Shown here: one piece after another, positions 1-11,513 of the stretch
Numbering within the stretch: position 1 is the first letter of the stretch
Layout: the number at the start of each line of letters is the position of its first letter
From: Octopus sinensis
Lineage: Eukaryota
DNA: 64,000 nucleotides
Assembly (NCBI RefSeq): GCF_006345805.1
Contig: NC_043011.1
Coordinates: 63,438,464-63,502,463 of the forward strand
Reading direction: 5' to 3'
Notes under the pieces: generated by a model
The model's input: the letters and a program-made list of their open reading frames with translations, nothing else
Databases searched by the model: none
What the model was told of the DNA's origin: nothing
Program-made: the position numbers and the translations under genes

Positions 1-1368
1 TTATTAATACCGGTTCCCATATGCTACTCATATCGGCAGTCTGTCTCGTTAGAAGTTTGTTGTGTCCTATCATATGTGCTGCTTCATTTAGATTTCCGAT
101 TTTCCAGTGGTGTTCTCTATTATTTTAACTTATTTCCACAGGGGGAGGTCTTGTAATCAGTCTTATAATAATTCTGCTTGTCCTTACGTCGTTAATGCTT
201 TCACGTGATTGGATAGAACAGGGTGAGAGAAGAGTCCATGACGTGAGGAAAGGAGAAGGTAATTCTAACGCCTTCACGTGATTAGTTGAAGAGAAAGCAA
301 AACAAAAAAATAAAGTAACTGATAAAGGAAAGCGAAGAAAAGGACAAGACGAAGCGGGAGGTAGGAGGAAAGAGAAAGAGAAAGACGGAGTGAGAAAAGA
401 CAAGCGCCAATGACATCTTGTAGGCGGCACCTAACTTCTGGCTCCAGAAAGAATGTCCGTCTTACGAGATCCAAGCCTTTCCGAAATAACAGACTGACAC
501 CGCTTCCATATCTTGGAGATACGTACACCTTGTCATTGCTGAAAATGAGTGCGAAGAGTGGTACCTCCCAAATTCCGCACTTGTTGATGGCTAGCACATC
601 TATGTGCAACGGCGTGAGGTCGTTGTCGAGGTGGCCCTGCTTCCAGAACTATAAAGCAGTCCATGTACACTTATACAGTCTATTCTGAGTGAAGCCATGT
701 TGAATAAAGTGTCTCAAAACTGGGAAAGATCTCTTAACTTCGGCTTTTCGAAGAGAAGTGGTTGCTCCATTATTCTGTCAATTCCTTGTGTCAAAATCCT
801 TGTGTCAAGTGCTGGGTGCTTTCCTGAGAATATAATCTCTATGATAGAATCCCTCGGCAGAGCCGCTTGCCTCGGGGAATTTCTATTTTTAACATGTGTA
901 TATATTTTGGTTTATGCCTATAGTAGAGTAAATGTTTTGTTTTGAAAGTTTATTTCTCTATAATGCATGAAATTTGTGTTTTTGATGCATTTTGCTTTTT
1001 TTGTTTTTGCAGACGGATTTTCGGATGTGTTTGTCATGTAGTCTCTTATGATGTTGACGCAGATTATAGAGATGATCATGGAGGTGTTGCTGTAGCTGTT
1101 GTTGTTTGTTGGTGGTGGTGGTGTTGATGATGGTGGATTGGATATTACAGTGGAGATTGTTATTCATGCTAGTGTTTTGTGTGTTATGCTTCAGTGCAGG
1201 GCTTTAGAGTTGCCGTTGTGGACGAGATGGTTGATATTTCTTTCTGTTTTTCTTTACTATCTACAATTTTGCACTCACTTACATTGCAACATTTCGCATC
1301 CGTGTGTCCCAAGTAGCTGAGGGGTATGTCCTCTACATGTAAACTTGTTACGTTTGTTTGAAAATTGA

Positions 1369-1370
<2 letters not shown>
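1..1370 (-). mobile_element. Decayed L1/Tx1-type LINE fragment (ORF1 end, ORF2 APE start) upstream of copy A
   Basis: Minus strand encodes an ORF2-like start MASLRIDCINVHGL and APE-like KQGHLDNDL..LHIDVLAIN..VYVSP.YGSGVSLLFRKGLDL..FLEPE (track ORF 274..609), with frameshifts. Confidence 0.7.
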
Positions 1371-1415
<45 letters not shown>

Positions 1416-1860
1416 TAATAATAATGATAATAATAGTAATAATAATAATAGTTGTTACGGGGATTGAATTCTTCATTTAAACTATTATAATTTTGATCGA
1501 CAGGAGATTTGGTGCTTTAGAGTATATGGTTGAAGAGACAATAGATACAGTAGAAGACTTAAAAGGTAAGTACTGAGGTAGATTTGTTCAATAAAGCCTT
1601 CAATACTGCGCCCCTATAATATCAAACACGAATGAAAAAAAAAGGGATAAACATTCCACAAAGGAATAATGATACCGTTTATTGACTATAGGTTATATTA
1701 TTTTCTAAAGAGAGAAATGAATATTCAACTCTAAGTTTTTATTTATGTATCCACGAATAAGTCGATATTCGGCAATTAAATATTCAGATGAAAGAACTAC
1801 TGTCGCTTTGTAATTTATTTTGCCAGTCTTGATTGAATTGCGCAGTTTTGTTCTACCGTT

Positions 1861-1959
1861 GCCTGGCACATGTTACACTATATGTCATCACAGGTGTCAA
1901 TATAAAATTGTTGACTGCCAAAGCTCCATTTGTTTATTATAACACACAAAAGAAAAGTC
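1861..1959 (+). promoter_or_regulatory. Putative core promoter of copy A (TATAAAA 1901-1907, E-box CAGGTG 1891-1896)
   Basis: TATA-like motif about 25 bp before a pyrimidine-rich CCATTT and 59 bp before the ATG; conserved in B (32599-32605) and C (61221-61227, minus strand). Confidence 0.55.
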
Positions 1960-1996
1960 ATGAAAATTTTATTACTCCTTGGCCTTCTCCTTGCAA
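1960..1996 (+). CDS. Copy A exon 1 (signal peptide MKILLLLGLLLA, phase-1 donor)
   Basis: ATG at 1960, 12 hydrophobic codons plus 1 nt, then consensus donor GTAAGT at 1997-2002. Confidence 0.88.
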
Positions 1997-2925
1997 GTAA
2001 GTTGTAATATTGCATTTGTTTTCCTCTTTTTCTTATATACATCTGCTGTGTAACTACAAAAGCTATATTCATACATTAAATGATTACATAAAAATCAATT
2101 TTCGCACACACACACGCAGCAAACACACACACACACATATTTATATGGTTAAAATCTAATCAACATAATTGGTCACACATTTTCAAATCGAACACATACA
2201 TTCATACCGTAGAAACAAAAATGCATGTTAATAAAACTTTATTTTTACATATATAAAAAAATCGTTTGAAATTCTATAAAACAAGTATAAAGGAACACAT
2301 ATATGAAGAAACTATGAACGTATATAATGAGGCGATTAAAAAATAATGTAGTTAGACTATTAGATGTAAAGTTAATCCGGGATAACATCAAACAGAAAAT
2401 CCAAAAGAAAGGGGAATCCAGAATACTGTAAGATTAAATCCACGATTGCAGCCGATTCAATCGAGAGAATCTCCAGTGAAAGGAATAAACATTTCGTAAG
2501 TTATGCGGAAATAAACAAACAATCTTCTGAATTGCAACGGCCGAAACTCAAGTGTCGTTTACAAAACATGTTCTATTAACCGATGTATTTGTTGTTTAGA
2601 AGAACGTAAATGGGCTATCAGTTGAATGTTCCCTTTTTGGAACATCAAACTGTCAACATATTGGCGCGTGAGAGTCGACCTGAAAGTCCAGTTCTGAAAT
2701 CTTTAGAAAAAGTTTGAAAGTTTATTGAAAGTGGGGCGCCAATAACAAATCCAAAGAACTAAGAAAACATTTGGGTATTATTGAAAAATGATTGAAATAA
2801 TATTATTGCATCATTTTGCAAGAAATTAATTCAGTCATGTGGTATCAGTTGTCATATATAATGTGAGTGTATGTATCTTTGCGAGCATGTTTTTATGTAC
2901 GTTTACATCTGTGCATATAGAGGTT

Positions 2926-2974
<49 letters not shown>

Positions 2975-3643
2975 TATATAGAAGGAGCTTCTACAGGACT
3001 AGAACTGTTTCATTCAAGAGAAATCTTCAGGAAGCTAGTTAACAAGAATTGTATTGGCATTTATACATTTAGGCAGGTTTAAAGGGGTGTTGGTGGGGGA
3101 CTTTTTGGGGGTAGGCATAGCGCAAAATATCATACTTGGGGGAGTGGTCAAGGAGTCAGTGTTAAATTAGATAGAAGAATAAATAAAAAAATTAAAAAAT
3201 TAAAAAATTAAAAAATCTATATATAAAAAAAGGGGAATAGAGTTTTAGGTAAATAAGGAGATTCTCACTTATACCAATGCACACATGTATACATACATAC
3301 ACACACATACAAACATATATACATATACATACTCACATACATACACACACATATATATACATATATATACACTTACACATACACATACATATACATATCT
3401 ACACATACACATATATGTATCCATACACACACTCACATGCATACACGTATACACACATGTATATATACACACGCGACCACACATACATATACGCACAGAA
3501 AAATATATATACACATACACACACATACTCACATACACGCATACACACACATATCCACACACACACATGCACACACAGCACACTAGTCCCTATATACACA
3601 TATATACACATACACACACATATACACACACATACATACATAT

Positions 3644-3697
<54 letters not shown>

Positions 3698-4110
3698 GTG
3701 TACCTATGCATACCTACACATACACACATATATATACACATACAAATACAGACCCATTCCCTAATTTTAATTTTATTATCTTCGTTTATTACTTTTGTTA
3801 TCTTTGGCCGCTTGGTCACAAACATCTTGGCTATGACAGCCAGTCCATTTATCTGTCTACTGGAAAACAAGCACTCATTCACTCACGCACACTCTTTAGC
3901 ACGTACACTCACTCATTCGTACACTCATACACATACACGCACGCACGCGTTATATTCATACATACATACATCTACATACATTCACGTATATACACATACG
4001 TACGCGTACCTACAGATTCATGTCTACACTCTTAGAAGGCTAGTCTATATACATACACCAATAAATATAAATACACACACATACATATACACCTACATAC
4101 AAATACACAC

Positions 4111-4159
<49 letters not shown>

Positions 4160-4469
4160 CACATAATTTTTAATTTTTAATTTTTTTATTTATTCTTCTA
4201 TCTAATTTAACACTGACTCCTTGACCACTCCCCCAAGTATGATATTTTGCGCTATGCCTACCCCCAAAAAGTCCCCCACCAACACCCCTTTAAACCTGCC
4301 TAAATGTATAAATGCCAATACAATTCTTGTTAACTAGCTTCCTGAAGATTTCTCTTGAATGAAACAGTTCTAGTCCTGTAGAAGCTCCTTCTATATAATA
4401 AATTAACTTTACTCTGCTATGTATTGAGTACCTTATTTACTGTGGTTAACCCCGAATCAACCCGGCACC

Positions 4470-4518
<49 letters not shown>

Positions 4519-4915
4519 CATTATTGGTGAATTGAAGAAATGGAGCTGAAAGCAGATTGAACAGAAATCGTTTTATTTCATTCTACACGTGTTTCGAAAG
4601 GCACAAATTACCAAAATCCGATTGAATAATGGGACCATATTGTGTCTTTCTCTTCAGGAAGAAAAAAGGAAATCCGCTGGAAAAACAAAAGCAGAACAGA
4701 GGCTGAGCAAAAACAAATCGAACTATGCTCCTAAGAGCTCCATTTCTTCAATTCACCAATAATGTTTTAATTTCAATTATCCGCACCAACGCACGGTTGC
4801 AACGCCAGATGGTTGTACCTCCAACCGTGCTGTTTACTGCTGTGATTTTTGCTACTAAGGTATCGGTTAAACTTTTGATTAATCTACTACAAGATTATTC
4901 ATCTTTCTATTTCAC

Positions 4916-5008
<93 letters not shown>

Positions 5009-8000
5009 GTATATAATATGTAAGCCTTGTGAGTAGAATAGGCAGGCTAAAACTGGAGAAAGCTTGTCGTCTATACGTGTGTGTATGTGTATGTGTGTGC
5101 GTGTTTGTTTTTGTTTCCCAACATCCATTATTGCTTGAAAACCAATGTTCGTATGTTTACAACCCTGTAAGCCAGCGGTTCTGCGAAAGAGACCGATAGG
5201 ATAAGTGCTAGGCTTACACAGATTAAGTCCTGGGCGCGATTTGTTCGACTAAAGGCGGTGCTCCAGCATGGCTTCACTCAAATGACTGAAATAAATAAAA
5301 GAACAAGACAAAATTATGAAAGTTTTCACATTGTAAATATTTTGTAGTGAAAATCACCAATCAATTGTACCACATCGTCACATGTGAAGTTATAACGGAA
5401 GCTGAGCAACATTGATATCATTAATGAAATACATATTATAATTGCCCAGTGAGAGCTTGGGAATCCGAATTTAGCTCTATATTAACTCTTCGGTATTATT
5501 GTCTTTTATTTAGCATTCATTTTTAAATATAATGATTATACTCCCAGTATATGTAACACTAATTATTAATAATTAAATCTTTTAGGTGCTGCTGCTCAAT
5601 CCGAATGTGACAAATACGCCGATAGTCACTGCATTAGTAAAGTGAAAGCTAAAACTCCATCTCCAAAATTTAGTAAAGAATGCGTGTTCGTATTATTCTT
5701 TTTCTTTTTTCTTCTTCTTCTTCTTCTTCTTCTTCTTCTCTTCTTCTTCTTCTTCTTCTTCTTCTTCTTCTTCTTCTTCTTCTCTTCTTCTTCTTCTTCT
5801 TCTTCTTCTTCTCTCTCTTCTTCTTTCTTCTTCTTCTTCTTCTTCTTCTTCTTCTCTTCTTCTTCTTCTTCTCTCTTCTTCTTCTTCTTCTTTCTTCTTC
5901 TTCTTCTTCTCTCTCTTCTTCTCTCTTCTTCTTCTTCTTCTTCTTCTTCTTCTTCTTCTTCTTCTTCTTCTTCTCTTCTTCTTCTTCTTCTTCTTCCTTC
6001 TTTCTTCTTCTTCTTCTCTCTTCTTCCTTCTTCTTCTCTTCTCCTCTTCTTCTTCTTCTTCTTCTTCTTATTATTATCATTATAGTATTATTCTTCTTAT
6101 TATTGTTGTTGTTATTGTTGTTCCTTGCGGTAAGTCAGACGTGTTGTACCTCCTGCAATAATTTGAAATTTCATTCTCTTAAATTGTCAAACTATTGTTA
6201 TTATTGTTTAATTTTTGCTGCAATCAGGTTGCCCGCATAGAGAGCTAGTTTTTGTTGAAAGAAAGCCCCTTACTGGGAGCTAAATATTTCCGCTGAAAAT
6301 TTTGGAAGATTAAATATAAAACAGCAATGACGACTGAGCGAGTGGGTGAGAATGGAAGGTGGAACAGCCATCTAAACAACGACAACAACGTTCTTACCAC
6401 CAGTATTGTTTCTGCACAGGGCAAGGAGGAAGATAGAAAGAAGCACCAGCAACACTACCAGAATCACCAACAAAAATAGATCCAGCGGCTACGGTCTTGC
6501 CTCGGCGACGAAGTAAAACTGAAATAATAGTAAATTAAAAAGCTAATGAAATAAAAAAAATGTGTAAAGGGTTTGTTAATAAGGAGAGAAAGAATGTTTT
6601 CCTTAAAACCCATCAAGGATTCATAAAGGAAACCAATCGTAAAACAGTAATCTACAGAATTTTAAAATAAAACAGAAAAGGGTAGAACGAGTCACCCAAT
6701 AACTGGAAACATGGAAATGGCCCTAAAAGCAGTTTGGACCAAAGACACGTATGTGAGAGGTGGAAAGCACTTCGGTACCGTTGAAGTATGTTTTTTTAAC
6801 GGAGTACAAGGAAAGGCATCTTTCCAACGAGCCCTAATAAACGGAGGAATTGCTACTCTTGCTGACATATTTTGGTCAGCGTGTCACTAAATTTTAAATT
6901 GTGGAGTTGTCTCCTGACATAAATGCGTGTTGGCTGTTGGCGACTGTCCTCTTTGATGTATATGATTCGTTCGTGATATGGACAATGGTGTCATCCATCT
7001 ATTGCAGATGCGACACAGCGAAGACACTTGCTCATTCCTCACGTTGACATTACAGTTCGCGATCAGCGTTTGGTCCTGCTTTGCAAATATAGAACTATCT
7101 TTCTCTGCATTCAGGTTTCTTTTCATCACCCAATTCCTTCGATTTTTCCAATAACCTTGGTTGTTGTTACATGTAAATAATTTTGTAGTCTCTTATTGTG
7201 TAATTTTTTTATCATCTTTTTTTTTGCAATTCTTCCTTTGTTTTCCCTATTTTCCTTAATCTCAATATTCCCTCATTCCTAACAGTCATTAGAAGAATCT
7301 CTTTACATTAAGCTAGGTATCTCCTTAAACTCTCGAGTTCGAAATGCACGCTATCTTCCACACCTATTTGTCCTCTTCCTCCGTTTGCTCTCTTCATATA
7401 TAGTCAATCAATGTCTGCACCTGGATGATGGTCTCCATGCCTCGTTAGAAGCATTCTTGACATCCCGCCCAACTCCTCCTCAGTTAACTTCAGGATTCCA
7501 GCGCCACGTTTACCTACAGCAATGGCGCACGAGTTTCTTTCCCAAGTTACCTTTTTTGCATTCAGCCGTGAAGCCAATATTTTTTTATCAATCACCGCTG
7601 GCACACCGTTTTGTCGTTTCCTCAATGTTTTGGTGTTTCATTCCAGCTGCCTCAAGTATTCCCAGGTATTTAAGACTGCAGTGAGGTGGAATTACCTTCA
7701 TCAGTTCACCGCTTCTCAACCATATCTCTTCTGTCCTGGCAAGCATAGCTTACCAAATCGCCATTGTAAGACGTTTTGAGAATCCACTCTATCATAACAT
7801 CATAAGAGAAAATCCAGTCAGACTGGACTTGTCTGTCAAGGTCTGCCTTAGTTTTTGAAATACTTCAGGTCGTCCATGAATAATAAGTGGCATGTAAGGA
7901 AACAAGCATTGCTGGACCGCTCACCAATTTGGATCAATCAAAATTCTTTGATAGGGTTGAACACAAATATTTCGAAGATGTTTTCATGTCAGCAAAATTC

Positions 8001-9744
8001 AAATGTTTCTTATTACTACTAAAAAAACAGAGTTTTTAAATGAACTATTTTAAATGTCATTTATTCTCACCATATGGCTGATACTGATATGGTACCAGAA
8101 CAAATCACAATGTGCTGACAGACAATTAAATCATCCTTATATTGAGGTTGTATTTTTACTTTGATCGGATTCTTACTGGGAATGCTTATTTACGAAATGA
8201 CTTGTAGACTGAAAGGACCTTAGTTTAATGGTTAGTGTACTCTGCTCCTAATCTTAAAGTTTAAAATGCCATAGACATAGAGTGGTGTCCTTGAGCAAGA
8301 TCTTTTATTTTCACGTTGATCCAATCTACTCAGCTAGCGAATATAAGCGATCGTTTCTGTTTTGCGTTCAGAATTCAATTCCTTCATTTAAAAGGCGTTG
8401 TCCTAGCATGCTGACAGATAAATAAGTGAAACAATTTAACTGTACCGTTCGTAAATCTATATGTTCCATCCGTTGGAAAATACTTCTCATCAACGGACGT
8501 CTAAATATAGTAATGGCTTTGAACATTCGAAATTGTTTAAATACCAAACCTTACAGGGGGATGAGTAAAGGTATCATTAATTACTATTAGATCACGGCCT
8601 TTAGTTATTTTCGTAAAATACTTCATCTAACGTACCATATGTTGTCTCCCTTTTTAAAAGCTTTGCAATCAGTAAAATTGCTTTGCAATATACAAAGTGT
8701 AAAATTGCTTTGACAATATACAAGTGTAGAAGTCTCTCCGCGTTAAACCAAGCGTGAAATATTTGCACGTGAAACAGTTCAGTTCCAAGACATTTCGATT
8801 CAAAGTAAATATGCCTCAGTTCTACCATTCCTTGGGAATGATGCTAATAAATGATTACTTTTTTTTTCGAAATGAAAACACTTGTGTATTTATCTTATAG
8901 AATTTGGCTTTATAATTATTTTTGTCTGAGAGATGTGCGTAGAGAATGTGCTCTTGAGTTCCACAAGATGTTTGGTTTAAAATGCCTACCTGTGGTAATT
9001 ATTTTAATTTACTTTGTTTCTGCGTAATTCATCGTATATGATATGATTATATTATTTTCATCTTGGAGAGGGTAGCGCACCAACGTTTCTCTGTCATTCC
9101 ACTGAAATTCATAATATTAATAAATAACATTACACTTTTTGTAACGTTAGTTGTTGCTAGAGAAAATCTTCCACGAAATGATGGAGCTAGTAACAAGTCC
9201 AGTGTATCATGGTATTATAAAATTCAAATTTGTATGCGACAAGCTTTGTCACATAGTTAAATCGACTGGGCGTGGCAACAAAATGCTGTACACTTATACT
9301 GTTGTGTGAATTAGATCTCGTATAGAACCGATTCTTGTTTCTAAATCGGGACAAAAAAGTTAGCTAATTGATGTTATAGTGGCAATAGGAGCTCAGCGAT
9401 CATATTTTCTGTATCTATTCGAAACAAAAATGTTTCCGCGATTTTCCGTGCAATTGTTATATTTTTATAATTTCACACACATGAAGGGAAACTAAATTAT
9501 GCTTCAATTCAATGAGTATCATGCAAACTTTTAACGCCATAACGAAATAGATAAGAATCTGCATTAATTTCTCATTATAATCCAGGTAGTCACAACTTAG
9601 CACATTGAAATTTGTATAAGGAACTTGTATCCAATTGATAAGAGTAAATCTGGAGATAAAAATTGAACTTGGAATAGGGGGTATTAATATAAATCGTAAT
9701 GTATCAAACATTCCTTTCAGGACCCCCTTAAAGATCCAAAGTAA
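1960..9744 (+). CDS. Gene copy A: 4-exon secreted six-cysteine peptide, 84 aa (join 1960-1996, 5586-5685, 8901-8994, 9721-9744)
   Basis: Manual splice model gives MKILLLLGLLLASAAAQSECDKYADSHCISKVKAKTPSPKFSKECVIWLYNYFCLRDVRRECALEFHKMFGLKCLPVDPLKDPK*. All introns are GT..AG with compatible phases 1,2,0. TATAAAA lies 59 bp upstream of the ATG. The same exon lengths, phases and Cys positions recur in two paralogues. No transcript evidence available. Confidence 0.88.
2970..4472. mobile_element. Non-autonomous foldback/MITE-like DNA element with ~240 bp terminal inverted repeats and a (CA/TA)-rich core, in (AT)n
   Basis: 2970-~3210 is the reverse complement of ~4163-4403. The right end extends about 70 bp further. 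Absent at the equivalent site of copy C (60060-60198). Confidence 0.75.
4517..4766. mobile_element. Small MITE-like element with 31 bp perfect inverted repeats
   Basis: aacattattggtgaattgaagaaatggagct (4517-4547) and agctccatttcttcaattcaccaataatgtt (4736-4766). Confidence 0.65.
5021..5303 (+). mobile_element. 5'-truncated cephalopod-type SINE in intron 1 (also 17121-17408 +, 33063-33340 +, 59770-60053 -)
   Basis: Body gaccgataggataagtgctaggcttac...gactaaaggcggtgctccagcatgg...aatgactgaa and an A-rich tail. Recognised from memory as a common octopus repeat. Same intron position in copies A-D. Confidence 0.65.
5586..5685 (+). CDS. Copy A exon 2 (Cys1-3)
   Basis: Acceptor tcttttAG ends at 5585; 100 nt open frame (S)AAAQSECDKYADSHCISKVKAKTPSPKFSKEC(V); donor GTTCGT at 5686. 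Confidence 0.85.
5695..6070. repeat. (CTT)n-type microsatellite at the start of intron 2 of A (mirror (GAA/GGA)n 59035-59378)
   Basis: Directly visible. Confidence 0.95.
6240..6935 (+). mobile_element. L1/Tx1-like 5' UTR and ORF1 N-terminal remnant in intron 2 of A (mirror copy 58165-58860 -)
   Basis: EMALKAVWTK.TYVRGGKHFGTVEVCF is homologous to 18200-18310, which continues into a GRKP-C zinc-knuckle-like segment. Confidence 0.5.
6935..7905 (-). mobile_element. Decayed R4/Dong-type RT fragment (mirror copy 57172-58165 +)
   Basis: FMDDLKYF, YLGILE, KKILASRLNA, LLTRHGDHHPGADID and CRIC motifs, spread across frames. Confidence 0.7.
8901..8994 (+). CDS. Copy A exon 3 (Cys4-6)
   Basis: Acceptor tatcttatAG ends at 8900; IWLYNYFCLRDVRRECALEFHKMFGLKCLPV; donor GTAATT at 8995. 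Confidence 0.85.
9721..9744 (+). CDS. Copy A exon 4 coding part (DPLKDPK*)
   Basis: Acceptor cattcctttcAG ends at 9720; stop TAA at 9742-9744; same position and length in B and C. Confidence 0.78.
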   Translation, partial: DPLKDPK

Positions 9745-10929
9745 TGGAAGCAGTTTATCATTAGGTAATTATTGCAATATTAACATAAATTTTACTATTC
9801 CTTATTATATATTTATGTCTTCGCTCACTACACAATACAATTTGCATGCGATGCGGTGAGGATTAAAACACAAGAACACGCACAGAAATCAGTTGAAAAT
9901 ACTTTGATTCGTGGACGTAAACAAATAAACACCGGCTTTCAAGAGGTGTGGATTAAAACACAAAAACACGCACAGAAATCAGTTGAAAATACTTTTTCCT
10001 TTAATATTACATTTATAATTACATGTTGATCTCAAAGAACTGCAGTTTGCCTCTGCTAGAAACGCGATTGAACACATTTTTGTCACATTACAGGTCTCGT
10101 CAAATGTGATGAATATTCGGAACCTGATACGTGAACTCCCTCATTATGAAATAATATTAATGATATATAAAGAAGTATATAACATACAAGTTGTTTTGCT
10201 GTTGTTTTTATTTCAAATTAATGGGTAAGCGTGAAGAAGTGTCACTAAATGAGTAACAATCGTTTTAAATGTTGGCCAATAAATTTGAGCAAGATAATCA
10301 TTATTTACTTTTCATTTCTTCTCCAAAGTCGATTAAGGAGATTGCTAGACGTTATTGTTTTGCTGTGTTATCGTCAACTTGTTAGATCCTATGTTTGTGG
10401 GAAAAGCATTAAAATCAGGAATATCTGGATGTTGAAGTATTATGAACAAATTAAAAGGTTTTCATTAATATTTTCCCCTGACATAAAAGTTTAATTTGCG
10501 TATGAATCTCAAAGAATATGTAACATTCGATGAATAAAATTTCGTTGAGCAGGATATGATTCTACAATCTGATGTCTGTACCCAACAAGTTAATCTACCA
10601 AAAGAACAAGAGTGGGAGAAATGTAAGAAGAGTTTATGGAAAGCTTACAAAAGACAACACCTAAGATATACATTATATTATCAGGTCAAAGCAAATAATT
10701 ATCAAGACAAATGCGGACGTTAATGCGGGGTAACGTGTGTGCATTTGAAAAACAAGGCTGGTTGCAGTTTCAGTCCCATCACATTGAAAATTTTGTCCCG
10801 ATCTGAGTGAAATTGATGGGTGGTCTATTTCGGTTTATGGGACATATTCGGAGTAATCTGGCCGTTTATGAGGCGTTCGATCCCCACGAATTTAGGCTCC
10901 TCCTTTGCACTCTGGATCATTTCGCTCTC

Positions 10930-11315
10930 ATTGGAATCAAAATTATTATTATTCTGTACCTGTTGATGGTTAGTACGTCCAAAACGGCAACAGTCCATGT
11001 ACATTTATACTGTCTATTCTGAGTGAAGCCATATTGTGTAAAAACCGCAAGCTGGAAAATAACTCTTACCTTCTACTTTTAGAGAAAAATTGATGCTCAA
11101 TTCTTGTGTCGAGTACTTGTGTCAAGTTCGGGGTGCTTTTCTGAGAATATATTTCTGATAGAATCCCTCGGGGATTCTGGGCAAATTCTTTATATTTTTC
11201 TTTAGTATTTACATTTTTCCCCTTTCCTACATAGAGTTTCATGTCCGTGTGTCCCAAGTAGGTAAGTAGGAGACTGTCCTTTATATGTGAGCTCGTTCCG
11301 TAGGTTTGAGATGCA
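10930..11315 (-). mobile_element. L1/Tx1 fragment downstream of the gene (also 40630-41025 -, 53790-54175 +), related to the upstream unit
   Basis: Shares cagtccatgtacatttatac.gtctattctgagtgaagccat and ccgtgtgtcccaagtag with 655-700 and 1295-1320. Confidence 0.6.
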
Positions 11316-11359
<44 letters not shown>

Positions 11360-11448
11360 TGACGATGATGTTAATAATAATAATAAAAATAATGATGACG
11401 ATGATGTTAATAATAATAATAATAATAATAAAAATAATAATAATAATA

Positions 11449-11499
<51 letters not shown>

Positions 11500-11513
11500 T
11501 AATAATAATAATA

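Noticed and set aside
2330-2830. Coding-looking stretch RLKNNVVRLLDVKLIRDNIKQKIQKKG in intron 1
   Set aside because: Multiple stops and no usable splice sites; perhaps an old L1 ORF2 remnant, but too weak to call.
3269-4180. Long His/Thr/Tyr/Ile-rich ORFs (up to 252 aa)
   Set aside because: Translations of CA/TA dinucleotide repeats inside a foldback element; open in several frames on both strands.
6100-6136. LLLLFLA followed by GTAAGT, resembling another signal-peptide exon
   Set aside because: No ATG or promoter upstream, the hydrophobic run comes from the microsatellite, and copy B has no equivalent; kept only as a possible cryptic donor.
5642-6240. Poly-Leu/Phe/Ser/Arg/Glu ORFs (also 19125-20624, 33604-34363, 42836-43406, 58858-59422)
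   Set aside because: Triplet microsatellites without stop codons; only the first codons of 5642..6085 overlap real exon 2.
8538-8576. Possible micro-exon ccttacAG|GGGGATGAGTAAAG|GTATCA in intron 2 of A
   Set aside because: The donor GT is absent in B and C, and the acceptor is absent in B.
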